In this document: piece by piece, positions 1-9,148 of the stretch
How positions within the stretch are numbered: the stretch's first letter is position 1
How the letters are laid out: the number at the start of each line of letters is the position of its first letter
NCBI GenBank assembly: GCA_036339735.1
Contig: JAYZAL010000006.1
Coordinates: forward strand, 1 to 64,000
DNA length: 64,000 bases
Reading direction: 5' to 3'
Source of the DNA: Candidatus Poribacteria bacterium
Lineage (GTDB): Bacteria > Poribacteria > WGA-4E > UBA9662
Program-made: the position numbers and the translations under genes
The notes under the pieces: model-generated
The model's database searches: none
Seen by the model: the letters and a program-made list of their open reading frames with translations, nothing else
What the model was told of the DNA's origin: nothing

Positions 1-319
1 TGGAATCATGAAGAATCATTAAAATATTATCAATATCATGATAATCATTTGTCCGGGTTGCATCAGATTGTGAAGCAATCTGAGCTACGCCCTTTGTAAA
101 GTCTTTCGATATGCTGGTCAATTGTGCAAAATGATGGCTCAAGCCCTCCAGATCTTTCTTAGTCAATAATATAAAGCCATTTTCAGCGGGCAAATCAAGA
201 CCCAATTGGCTCAAATCATTTGTCGATATTTGTTGTGGTTTTAGAAATGTGACATCTAATGTTTGTTGATTTCGGCTGCGTCGTATACCAACACTTATCA
301 TAATCTGTTGATTAGTCAA
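1..319 (-). CDS. Partial CDS (runs off window start); probable tetrahydrodipicolinate N-succinyltransferase N-terminus
   Basis: Open frame from TTG 319 (GGAG upstream) or ATG 301: (MTNQQI)MISVGIRRSRNQQTLDVTFLKPQQ... Lies directly downstream of dapC-dapE. Weak resemblance to the N-terminus of Pseudomonas/Campylobacter-type DapD; the catalytic region is outside the window. Confidence 0.5.
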   Translation of the reverse strand, partial: MTNQQIMISVGIRRSRNQQTLDVTFLKPQQISTNDLSQLGLDLPAENGFILLTKKDLEGLSHHFAQLTSISKDFTKGVAQIASQSDATRTNDYHDIDNILMILHDS

Positions 320-320
320 T

Positions 321-1430
321 TTAGTTCTCCTGATATCTTTGATTGGCTGTTACGTTGAGGTTGGCCAATCCTTGTAACAATTGGTGATAATTTAATACGT
401 CTTCAACTAAGATATATTCGTCAGGTTTATGAGCCTGAGATGTCAAGCCTGGTCCAAAATTAAAAGCAGGAACACCAATACCATTTAGCTGAGCCACATC
501 AGTCCACGCTTGTTTGGCGGTTATTGTAGCTCCAGACCAAGAAATGACTTGATTAAATAGGTGATTCTCGATGATCTGAGCCGCTGGTACATGATCGACA
601 ATCTTGTAATTAATCGAATCAGTAGCTATAGATGCTGCCTGCCGGAATAAACTATCAAACTTTGATTCCGCTTCGATCATATCTCGACCGGGAGCATAAC
701 GGTAATTAATGTTACATGTCCATTCACCAGGAATCGTTGTCCGGCCATTTTGACTCTGGCTTTCGGTAATATTAAGCACATCAAAAAAATCAACACCACC
801 AACCACCTGTTTTACTGGTGTAATTTCTGATATTTCTTTAATAAAAGGAATTGCATTATACAAAGCATTTTGTCCATCCCAAGGACGAGCTGAATGACAA
901 GCTTGCCCCTGAACTATGACTTGGGCGTGTAAACTTCCCACACAGCCAATTTGGACTTCTCCATTAGTTGGTTCACCGACGATAGATAAGTCAATGCTCC
1001 GTATGAAATCCGACTCAGTCTCAATTAGCTTATGAAGACCATTTTGCTCAATTGGTGTACCTTCTTCGGCATCATATAGAATGAAAGAAAAATTAAACTG
1101 ACGATCCACAATCTGAGAAAAGTCATACATCAAAAAGGCAAAAACAGCTAAACTCCCCTGCATATCTGAGGCGCCCGGTCCATGCAAGCGCTGTGATCGT
1201 TGATACGGACAAAAATGAGGTGGTACCACATCGGAGTGACCAACCAGCGCAATATGTGGCAGATTTTCGATCAATGGCAATGAAAAAATACGATTATTAC
1301 CCTGTCGCCGGACAAATAGGTTTGGTATCCGGTGGTCAAGCCAGTCTTCAATAAATTGCGTTACAGCTTGTTCCTGAAAGGTTGGCGATGGAATATTGAG
1401 TATATCAAACAGAAGGGAAATCAATTTCAT
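321..1430 (-). CDS. dapE: Succinyl-diaminopimelate desuccinylase (M20 metallopeptidase)
   Basis: M20 motifs GHSDVV, GASDMQG, YDAEE, GEPT, AHKPDE; ACHSARPW; overlaps the stop of the upstream aminotransferase. Confidence 0.8.
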   Translation of the reverse strand: MKLISLLFDILNIPSPTFQEQAVTQFIEDWLDHRIPNLFVRRQGNNRIFSLPLIENLPHIALVGHSDVVPPHFCPYQRSQRLHGPGASDMQGSLAVFAFLMYDFSQIVDRQFNFSFILYDAEEGTPIEQNGLHKLIETESDFIRSIDLSIVGEPTNGEVQIGCVGSLHAQVIVQGQACHSARPWDGQNALYNAIPFIKEISEITPVKQVVGGVDFFDVLNITESQSQNGRTTIPGEWTCNINYRYAPGRDMIEAESKFDSLFRQAASIATDSINYKIVDHVPAAQIIENHLFNQVISWSGATITAKQAWTDVAQLNGIGVPAFNFGPGLTSQAHKPDEYILVEDVLNYHQLLQGLANLNVTANQRYQEN

Positions 1431-2581
1431 GTTAACAACTGGTTTAATCGATCATTCAATTTTAGGCATAAGTCCATAGAAATACAATATACGAGGCGAG
1501 CGTAGCCTTCACCATCACTGCCAAAAGCAGTTCCTGGTGTGACACAAACTCCCTGCTGTAGAAAGAGGTTACAAAGTTGGGTCGCTGTTGGATAATCAGG
1601 ATGAGATAACCAAAAGTAAAACCCGTCTTGTCCTCCATGAATCTCAAATCCTTTTTCAGTTAATATGGAACTAATCAGCTTTCGTTTTTGTCGATATTCT
1701 AATCTATTTCGCTGAACGTGAGTTTCATCCTTCCAAGCTGCAATTCCGGCTAATTGATTGTATGTTGGCATCCCAACACCGACGGGCGATCGGCAAAGCC
1801 GGAAGTACTTCATAATTTCTTCATTCCGAGACAGAACAGCACCAATTCGAAAACCTGTCATGTGGCTTCGTTTAGATAACGAGCGAAAAGCTACCCAGCG
1901 ATCTGATTGGCTGAAGTCAAGGCTACACACAGGCCTATTATCTTGGTAAAGTTCATTGTAACACTCATCTGAACAAACAATAAAACCATACTTGTCAGCT
2001 AATGAAAGCAAGTGTTGATAATAACTCCGGTCAACTGTCATTGAGGTTGGGTTATGTGGTGAATTTAGCCAAAACAGGCGGCATTTTTCCCACTGTTGTT
2101 CAGAAATAGCGTCTAAATCAGGAAAAAATCCTGATGAATGATCAACGGGTAATTTTCGAATTGGAGCATTTACTGTACGAGCTGAGGCCTCATAGACTGG
2201 ATAACTAATTGAGGAAAACCAAATTTCTTTGTTCGCTATTGACCAATCGAAAGTAAGGGCAAATAGAAAAATGGCTTCTTTACTACCATTGCTAGAGAAA
2301 ATATGCTTGATTGGTTCTAATTTAAGTTGGTAATGTTTTTCAACCCAATCAGCAACAGCTTGCAAATAATCGAGCGAACCCGTGGCCAACGGGTACTGAG
2401 ACACGCAATTATCAGTCATAAAATCTTGGATGGCGAGTCTAGCTCCATCGAAAGTTTCATCTTGTGGATCGCCAATAGTCAGGTCAATGATATCATGCCC
2501 TTCGGCCTGAAGTTGCATCGCCAGACGCTTTACAGTAGTTAACGGATATTCGCGCTCTTCTTTAAGGTAAGGATTAATCAT
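1427..2581 (-). CDS. dapC: Class I/II PLP aminotransferase, probable succinyldiaminopimelate aminotransferase
   Basis: LNSPHNPT, SDECYNELY, SLSKRS(HMTGFRIG), GSKEAIF; coupled to dapE. Confidence 0.75.
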   Translation of the reverse strand: MINPYLKEEREYPLTTVKRLAMQLQAEGHDIIDLTIGDPQDETFDGARLAIQDFMTDNCVSQYPLATGSLDYLQAVADWVEKHYQLKLEPIKHIFSSNGSKEAIFLFALTFDWSIANKEIWFSSISYPVYEASARTVNAPIRKLPVDHSSGFFPDLDAISEQQWEKCRLFWLNSPHNPTSMTVDRSYYQHLLSLADKYGFIVCSDECYNELYQDNRPVCSLDFSQSDRWVAFRSLSKRSHMTGFRIGAVLSRNEEIMKYFRLCRSPVGVGMPTYNQLAGIAAWKDETHVQRNRLEYRQKRKLISSILTEKGFEIHGGQDGFYFWLSHPDYPTATQLCNLFLQQGVCVTPGTAFGSDGEGYARLVYCISMDLCLKLNDRLNQLLT

Positions 2582-2643
2582 TTGAAGTCATTCGGATGGT
2601 TCAACGGAACAAAAAAATCGTTTTTCAATGGTTTGGTAAACTC

Positions 2644-3570
2644 CTAGTTGGACGGCGATGACTCCAATAACCACCGACGCATAACTTGGGTTACCCGCTG
2701 ATGTGCTTCTTGTTGTATAAAATGTCCAATATTTGGAATGGTTACTAAGGTCAACTCATTATCAATCCAATCCCAAGTATTGTTGAGTGTACTTGGTAAT
2801 AAAGCTTGATCATCTAAGCCGTGAAACATCAAAACAGGGCACTTTACTTTGATTACTGGTGTCCGTAGATCGACAGTGTATGGGGGGCGTGGGTAATTTG
2901 CTTTATAGTAGTTCAGCATAGATTCAAAGTCAGAACGTTTAAAGGCTGTGATATACTTCTGTCGGTCATTTGGGTTACTTACCCATTCAGCTAACCTTTC
3001 TGCCGTCAGGTAATTATGTGCATCTGGCTGCTGAAAGTTACGTGCATATTGACTATTTGCTTGCTGCTCTGGGTTATTACTTAATTCACGTCTCAAACCT
3101 CTTAGATGAGGTAAGTTACAGATCACTAAACGTTCAACTAAATCAGGTTCATTCATAGCTAAGGACCAAGCTATCGCTCCACCCCAGTCATGCCCAACTA
3201 CAATGGCCTTTTGATCAACTGGACCGGATAACTGACGTATCACTGACACAATATCTTGAACCAAGATGTCCATAGAATACTGGTCAACACCTTTTGGTTT
3301 ATCGCTTAAATTATAACCTCGTAAATCAACAGCAACTGTTCGAAAGTGATTTGATAATCCCTTCATCTGATATCTCCAAGTATACCAGAAGTCTGGAAAG
3401 CCGTGAATCATTATAACTAGCGGGCCTGTTCCCAAAGATGCATAGTGAATTTTGACGCCATTATTTTTGACATAACCGTGCTCTACCTGGGATTCAACAC
3501 CCTTCACACTAGCAGTAGTAGTTAGTAAAAATGAGCTGATGAGAGTTAAGGTAGCTAAAGAGATTTTCAT
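2644..3570 (-). CDS. Alpha/beta hydrolase, epoxide-hydrolase-like, with signal peptide
   Basis: HGFP oxyanion motif, [14 protein letters not shown] nucleophile Asp, GHF catalytic His; hydrophobic N-terminus. Confidence 0.8.
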   Translation of the reverse strand: MKISLATLTLISSFLLTTTASVKGVESQVEHGYVKNNGVKIHYASLGTGPLVIMIHGFPDFWYTWRYQMKGLSNHFRTVAVDLRGYNLSDKPKGVDQYSMDILVQDIVSVIRQLSGPVDQKAIVVGHDWGGAIAWSLAMNEPDLVERLVICNLPHLRGLRRELSNNPEQQANSQYARNFQQPDAHNYLTAERLAEWVSNPNDRQKYITAFKRSDFESMLNYYKANYPRPPYTVDLRTPVIKVKCPVLMFHGLDDQALLPSTLNNTWDWIDNELTLVTIPNIGHFIQQEAHQRVTQVMRRWLLESSPSN

Positions 3571-3861
3571 GATTCACTTTAAAGTTAATTTGTTGTCTAC
3601 TTATTATGATATGGTAGAATCCAGCAGACTAGCAATAGGAAATTATTAGTCTATATCTCCATAGTTTTGTTATACTTAACAAGCTTTTGAAAGTAACATA
3701 AAACTGTCAAGTAACATTGAAAGAAAAATAGACTGGTTAGACTTGAGAATAAAATATTGTACCAAACTGATAATCAAAGCAGTAACACAATATAATCCAC
3801 TAGTACTCTTCCATTCGTAAAAATCCCATCAATCCAGATTAATAGATAGCCTGTTGGTTCA

Positions 3862-5298
3862 ATGGTGAAACTCTCAACTTATCAAAAATCTGCCCTGCAA
3901 CAACTACCATCTCTGGAGCAAATTCTATCTAGTGATGAATTCGTTGATTTGCTAACCAAATTTGACCGAAGACTTATTGTGTTGATCCTACGTCAGGTAA
4001 TAAATGAAGTTAGACAAAAAATTTTAAATAACGAAACTAACTTACCTGAATTGAATGAATATGTAATATGGGTGACGCAAAAAATACAGTCTGAGCTCAG
4101 TTCATCGATACAAACCGTAGTCAACTGTACTGGAACTATCACTCATACTAATTTGGGTCGAAGTTTATTACCTGCGGAGGCAATTGAGAACCTCCAGCGT
4201 GTCGCTAGCCATTATGTTGATTTGGAATATGACTTGGTTACAGGAAAGAGAGGACATCGCGACCGAATTACTGGAAACCTATTGCAACAATTAACTGAGT
4301 GCCAAGATTCAACTGTTGTTAATAATAATGCCGCCGCTGTTTTGCTTGTCCTAACAACATTAGCAGCAGGTAAAGAAGTTATTATTTCAAGGGGTGAGCT
4401 AGTCGAAATTGGCGGCTCTTTCCGAATCCCAGAAGTCATGTCTGAAAGTGGTGCAATTCTGAGAGAAGTAGGTACTACAAATCGAACACATTTAATAGAC
4501 TACCAAGAAGCTATTAACGAGAATACAGGACTACTACTGAAAGTTCATCCTAGTAACTATGCAGTAGTTGGATTTCACTCCGTACCACCGATTGAGGACT
4601 TGGCTGAATTGGGTCATGAGTACCAAATTCCAGTTTTTGAAGATTTAGGTAGTGGATCTTTAATTGATTTAACAGATTTCGGATTGCCTGCCGAGCCTGT
4701 GGTGAAAGACCGATTAGCTAAGGGGGTTGATATTTTGACTTTTAGTGGTGACAAGCTATTGGGTGGCCCACAGGCGGGTCTAATCATAGGAAAAAAAGAT
4801 CTTATAACTCGAGTTCGTCAGCATTCTCTGATGCGTGCACTGAGAGTAGATAAACTAACATTATCCGCTTTGGAAGCAACACTTCGTCAATACCTTAATC
4901 CCAAGGATCTACTTAACCGTCTTCCGATGTTATGGCGATACACACGTTCAATATCTGAGCTGAGGATTTTAGCTGATCACTTGTCCAATAGATTATCGGT
5001 AATTTTGGCTGATCATGCCAAAATCGAGGTTGTAAAATCTTCGGCTCAAATTGGCAGCGGTTCATTACCAATTGACCAATTGTCCAGCATTGCTGTAGTC
5101 ATTCATTCGAAGCAGTTTTCGACAACCCAAATCGCTAAATTATTTCGTTTGTCAGGAATAATAGGCCGTATACGAGATGATCAGCTATGGCTAGATGTAA
5201 GATCAGTTACCGAAGTGGAGTTAAGTACCATCCTAAACGCAGCCAAAGAAGTTGTTAAGCAATTAGATGGTAATAACAATGCTAGTAATGTTAGTTAG
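3862..5298 (+). CDS. selA: L-seryl-tRNA(Sec) selenium transferase
   Basis: VNCTGTITHTNLGRS, VVNNNAAAV, SRGELVEIGGSFRIP, EVGTTNRT, FSGDKLLGGPQAG, RALRVDK. Confidence 0.95.
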   Translation: MVKLSTYQKSALQQLPSLEQILSSDEFVDLLTKFDRRLIVLILRQVINEVRQKILNNETNLPELNEYVIWVTQKIQSELSSSIQTVVNCTGTITHTNLGRSLLPAEAIENLQRVASHYVDLEYDLVTGKRGHRDRITGNLLQQLTECQDSTVVNNNAAAVLLVLTTLAAGKEVIISRGELVEIGGSFRIPEVMSESGAILREVGTTNRTHLIDYQEAINENTGLLLKVHPSNYAVVGFHSVPPIEDLAELGHEYQIPVFEDLGSGSLIDLTDFGLPAEPVVKDRLAKGVDILTFSGDKLLGGPQAGLIIGKKDLITRVRQHSLMRALRVDKLTLSALEATLRQYLNPKDLLNRLPMLWRYTRSISELRILADHLSNRLSVILADHAKIEVVKSSAQIGSGSLPIDQLSSIAVVIHSKQFSTTQIAKLFRLSGIIGRIRDDQLWLDVRSVTEVELSTILNAAKEVVKQLDGNNNASNVS

Positions 5299-5540
5299 AT
5301 GATCTTATTATTGCTTAATAAGTTTTAAGTGTTTTTATAAGCAATGGTTGTCCCATTCGACCCAATTCCAATTTTTTCAAATACTCTGAATTCATAAATT
5401 TGACGAGTAGGTAATCAGGGATTCGTTGCTCTTAGACAATTGATAAGTTTCAAAAACACAGCGAAAGAGAAACTCAGATTCGGTTTTGCCGAATGTCTAA
5501 TCACATATTTTATTTAATAGATTCAACGAAGGAACTAACT

Positions 5541-6329
5541 ATGAAAGATCAATTTGAGATTGATGTGACAGAAGAAGAGATAAAGTTTTTCCAAGAAAAC
5601 GGATTTTTGAGTATAAACCAAATTACTACTGATGAAGAGATCGATTGGATGAGGGGCTTATATGATCAACTATTCAACGATCGATGGGGAGAAAACGAAG
5701 GAAATTATTTTGACTTGGGAGGTCGACGTTCTCATCAAGGACCAGACGTACTACCTCAAGTTCTTGGACCTGAATCTCGATTCCCTGAATTAAGAGAAAC
5801 AATCTATTTCCACAACACTGTAAAAATTAGTGCTAAGCTACTTGGGGTTGAAAAAGAAAATATCAATGGTGGTGGGCACATGATTCTAAAACCCGCTCAA
5901 TACGGGAGAGAAACACCTTGGCATCAGGATGAAGCCTATTGGAACCCACATGAAATGGCTCATCGATTGAGTGCTTGGTTGCCTCTAGACCCTGCTACAC
6001 TAGAAAGTGGTTGTATGCAGTTTATTCCCCGTTCTCACCTGCAAGACGTCCTTCCTCATCGGCACGTAGACGATGATCCTTTAGTTCATGCGTTGGTAAC
6101 CGATGAAGTGAATCCTGACCAAGCCGTTGCTTGCCCTATTCCATTAGGTGGAGCCACCTTTCACCACTGTCGAACCCTACATTATTCAGGTCCAAACCTA
6201 ACTGATCAACAGCGCAGAGCCTATATTCTAGTGGTTGGCCCTCCCGGTAAAAAACTAGATAAACCGTTTAAACGACCTTGGATAGAAGAAGGACAACGCG
6301 CCATAGCCAATTTAAAATCAAGATCTTAG
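5541..6329 (+). CDS. Phytanoyl-CoA dioxygenase (PhyH) family Fe/2-oxoglutarate dioxygenase
   Basis: TPWHQDEAYW (HxD), ESGCMQFIPRSH, TLHYSGPN, RRAY; ATG 5541 preceded by AAGGA. Confidence 0.9.
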   Translation: MKDQFEIDVTEEEIKFFQENGFLSINQITTDEEIDWMRGLYDQLFNDRWGENEGNYFDLGGRRSHQGPDVLPQVLGPESRFPELRETIYFHNTVKISAKLLGVEKENINGGGHMILKPAQYGRETPWHQDEAYWNPHEMAHRLSAWLPLDPATLESGCMQFIPRSHLQDVLPHRHVDDDPLVHALVTDEVNPDQAVACPIPLGGATFHHCRTLHYSGPNLTDQQRRAYILVVGPPGKKLDKPFKRPWIEEGQRAIANLKSRS

Positions 6330-7415
6330 CTAAACAATTTGCAACATTCGATCCAGAGCCACCTTGGCCCAGTAAGAAATATCGGGTTCAACAGTTATAT
6401 GATTGATAACTTCGTCATCTAACAAATTTTCCAGTGTCCACAACAAATGGGGAGCATCAACACGGTTCATGGTAGTACATAGACACATATTAGGATCAAT
6501 TGACGTAATCCACTTATCCGGATGTTGGTCAGCCAGACGGTTAACTAAGTGCATTTCAGTACCTATTCCCCATTTTGAACCAGCGGGAGCTTCTTCTATA
6601 ACCTTGATAATATAGGCCGTTGAACCACTTAGATCAGCCATCTGTACTACCTCGTATCGACATTCAGGGTGAACTAAGATTTGAATTCCAGGCACATCCT
6701 GACGAAGCCGATTAATTTGCTTAGGAGTGAATAGCTGGTGAATCGGACAGTTACCCTGCCATAAAATCAATTTGGCTTTTTCGACTTCTTCTTCACTATT
6801 CCCACCCATTTCCTCATTTGGCTTCCACAGAATCATGTCTTCTAAATTTATACCGTGAGCTACACCTGTATTTCGCCCTAAATGCTCATCAGGAAAAAAA
6901 AGCAATTTCTCTTTTTTGTTAAAAGCCCAGTCCATGATAGCGGAAGAGTTAGACGACGTACAGACAGCCCCTTCATTTTCTCCGCAAAACGCCTTCAGGT
7001 CAGCAGCTGAATTCATATAAGTGATAGGAACAGTATTGTCTCCACAAACATCGGTCAACTGTTCCCAACAATCTTCGACTAAGTCCAAATCCGCCATGTC
7101 AGCCATGTGGCAACCGGCATTTATATCAGGTAAGGAAACTTTTTGATGCGACGCACTCAAAATATCTGCACTTTCCGCCATAAAATGCACGCCACAAAAA
7201 ACAATGTAGTCAGCTTGAGATCGACTAGCTGCCAGTTGAGACAACTTGAAGGAATCTCCTCGGTAGTCAGCAAACTGGATGACTTCATCTCTCTGGTAGT
7301 GGTGCCCCAAAACTACTAACTTTTCTCCCAGTTCGGCTTTGTGAGCCAGAATCCGTTCATCGATTTCTTGTTGGGTAAGCTTATAATATTTTTCAGGAAT
7401 TGGTTGTGAATACAT
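6330..7415 (-). CDS. nadA: Quinolinate synthase (Bacillus-type)
   Basis: GHHYQRDEV, FCGVHFMAESADIL, AGCHMADMA, TYMNS, HPEC, GTE, CLCTTMNR. Confidence 0.95.
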   Translation of the reverse strand: MYSQPIPEKYYKLTQQEIDERILAHKAELGEKLVVLGHHYQRDEVIQFADYRGDSFKLSQLAASRSQADYIVFCGVHFMAESADILSASHQKVSLPDINAGCHMADMADLDLVEDCWEQLTDVCGDNTVPITYMNSAADLKAFCGENEGAVCTSSNSSAIMDWAFNKKEKLLFFPDEHLGRNTGVAHGINLEDMILWKPNEEMGGNSEEEVEKAKLILWQGNCPIHQLFTPKQINRLRQDVPGIQILVHPECRYEVVQMADLSGSTAYIIKVIEEAPAGSKWGIGTEMHLVNRLADQHPDKWITSIDPNMCLCTTMNRVDAPHLLWTLENLLDDEVINHITVEPDISYWAKVALDRMLQIV

Positions 7416-7488
7416 GTTAATTATTTACTCCAATTGTCACCAGCCGATCTTGTGCCTAACTTTTACCTTCGTTAGCAAAATGGAGGGG

Positions 7489-7517
7489 ATTGTAACCTAA
7501 AAGGCAAATAGTGTCAA
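7489..7517 (-). promoter_or_regulatory. Sigma70-type promoter for nadA
   Basis: TTGACA-17 nt-TACAAT on the minus strand. Confidence 0.65.
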
Positions 7518-7561
7518 GTCGAACTAAGATTGATTAGTTTAATTAGAAAAATCCTAAATTT

Positions 7562-7590
7562 TTGATTCCGCTGAACTTGTTTGATATACT
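7562..7590 (+). promoter_or_regulatory. Sigma70-type promoter for the hypothetical gene at 7653
   Basis: TTGATT-17 nt-TATACT with extended -10 TG. Confidence 0.55.
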
Positions 7591-7652
7591 CGCCCAGTTA
7601 TAAGAATAATCAGCAAAGATTTACCTCCAACGAGCATAAAAAGGATACCAGG

Positions 7653-8039
7653 ATGTCAGAAAAAGAAGTGATGGAAAGGGTAGAAAACAATTCGACTAGT
7701 GAGACGACGGGCGAAGACATAATTGAAGCCGAGAGTGTGACAATTGTCAATGTGGCTCAAATACAATCCATAGACATTTCAACCAAGTTCCGTCGACAAG
7801 TCAAAGATAATGGATGGATATTGACACTTCTTCAACCTTGTAAAGCAACGGTAAACTTATCAACCAGTATACGAAAAGTAGAAGTACCATTACTTGAAGG
7901 TGACCAATTAATCAAGGAACAAGAAGATTTATTCATTGTTCGAAAACAAGCAGCAGACCAGTACCGCAACCATCGCTCATCTTCACCTTTGGCAAAAAGC
8001 CGAGACGAGTTAGTACAAAAATCTCCTGAAACGATCTAA
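7653..8039 (+). CDS. Hypothetical protein
   Basis: ORF with AAGGA upstream of ATG 7653, a promoter upstream and a terminator downstream; no motif recognised. Confidence 0.6.
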   Translation: MSEKEVMERVENNSTSETTGEDIIEAESVTIVNVAQIQSIDISTKFRRQVKDNGWILTLLQPCKATVNLSTSIRKVEVPLLEGDQLIKEQEDLFIVRKQAADQYRNHRSSSPLAKSRDELVQKSPETI

Positions 8040-8051
8040 ACAGTAAATAAA

Positions 8052-8084
8052 AAAGGACACACTCTACGAGAGAGGTGTCCTTTT
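8052..8084. terminator. Bidirectional intrinsic terminator
   Basis: AAAAGGACAC-ACTCT-ACGAG-AGAG-GTGTCCTTTT hairpin with A and T tails, between convergent genes. Confidence 0.7.
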
Positions 8085-8135
8085 CTGTAGGCCGTGATTT
8101 GTCAAATCACAGCATAACTCATTTTTTAGCTTACT

Positions 8136-8978
8136 TTACCGTCTTGCCTTAACTTCACCCCAAACGACGGGCAGCTTGTGCTTAGAATCAACAGCTGTAA
8201 CAATAGAGCTGATTTCTTTGAAGAAGCTGTCTTTATCGGTAGAATCTTTAGGGAAGATAGAGACGGCATTCATGGTTGCATCATCTAAGTGCAAATTGAA
8301 GTAGTCAGAACCACCAGATTCACCACAACGATACAATAATACATTAGCGCCTTCATTCAAGCTAATTGGTATATCATAGTTTACTTTGGTCGCGCCACCA
8401 GTCCATTTGGAATCGTTATGATACTTGTCACCATTGACCCAAATTTGAGCAAAGTCATCTTGAGCTGGGGACATCACAGCAACGTGATCTTTTGGGGATT
8501 CAATAACAATAATAGCCCAAGTGTCGAAATTACTCTCGTCTGCTTTATCATAGATGGTTGACATGTTATTACCGTCAGCAGGATCAATTGTTTTAACTGT
8601 CCATTCTTCGGATCCACCATTGTCAGCACCAAAATCCAACTTAGTTGTTTGGGTTTTCAACAAACCATCAACAGTTGACAAAGATTCTTGAGTTAAAGCT
8701 CCACCACTAGCATCTTTGATGATATCAATAGGACCAGAAACAGCAAAACCACCATTGTTGGTGTAGGGTCCAGGCATATACCATTTGGTAATCCATGGAG
8801 CATCAGGACGATCTTGCTCTAGCTTTGGTAATCCACGCGCTTCGGCGTCTGTCAGAGCATCGTCACCTGTCAGGATAACTGGATCTCCGCCTATGCCAGC
8901 AATAGCAATTGTTGATAGTGTTAGAAATAGTGTTAAAACAGCAACACTCAGAGTAATTGAAAGTATGCTTTTACGCAC
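8136..8978 (-). CDS. Secreted protein with C-terminal AV...K...W...K motif
   Basis: GTG 8978 after AAGGAG; signal peptide MRKSILSITLSVAVLTLFLTLSTIAIAG; beta-rich domain (DDFAQIWVNG...ISLNEGANVLL); ends TAVDSKHKLPVVWGEVKARR. Confidence 0.8.
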   Translation of the reverse strand: MRKSILSITLSVAVLTLFLTLSTIAIAGIGGDPVILTGDDALTDAEARGLPKLEQDRPDAPWITKWYMPGPYTNNGGFAVSGPIDIIKDASGGALTQESLSTVDGLLKTQTTKLDFGADNGGSEEWTVKTIDPADGNNMSTIYDKADESNFDTWAIIVIESPKDHVAVMSPAQDDFAQIWVNGDKYHNDSKWTGGATKVNYDIPISLNEGANVLLYRCGESGGSDYFNLHLDDATMNAVSIFPKDSTDKDSFFKEISSIVTAVDSKHKLPVVWGEVKARR

Positions 8979-9148
8979 GTTATATATTCTCCTTGAAAGT
9001 AATTTTCTCATAAGAAGGGTGAAAATCCACACCCGACCCAGCCAATATAACGCATGTGACAAAAAATTGCAACAAAAAACTGGACTTTATGTCACTCGGC
9101 CATAGCTCTGTTCAAAATAAAATAGAAGTGTATGGAAAGTTACTATGA

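Noticed and set aside
3571-5492. tRNA-Sec flanking selA
   Set aside because: No cloverleaf, UCA anticodon arm or T-loop found in either flank
7416-7488. Possible NAD+ (nadA-motif) riboswitch or anti-SD stem (CTCCA/TGGAG) in the nadA leader
   Set aside because: The conserved NAD-I internal sequences are not evident, and the CTCC arm lies upstream of the TSS predicted from the promoter (about 7481)
8979-9062. N-terminal extension of the 308-aa ORF in the supplied track
   Set aside because: A better start is GTG 8978, with an AAGGAG SD followed directly by a signal peptide
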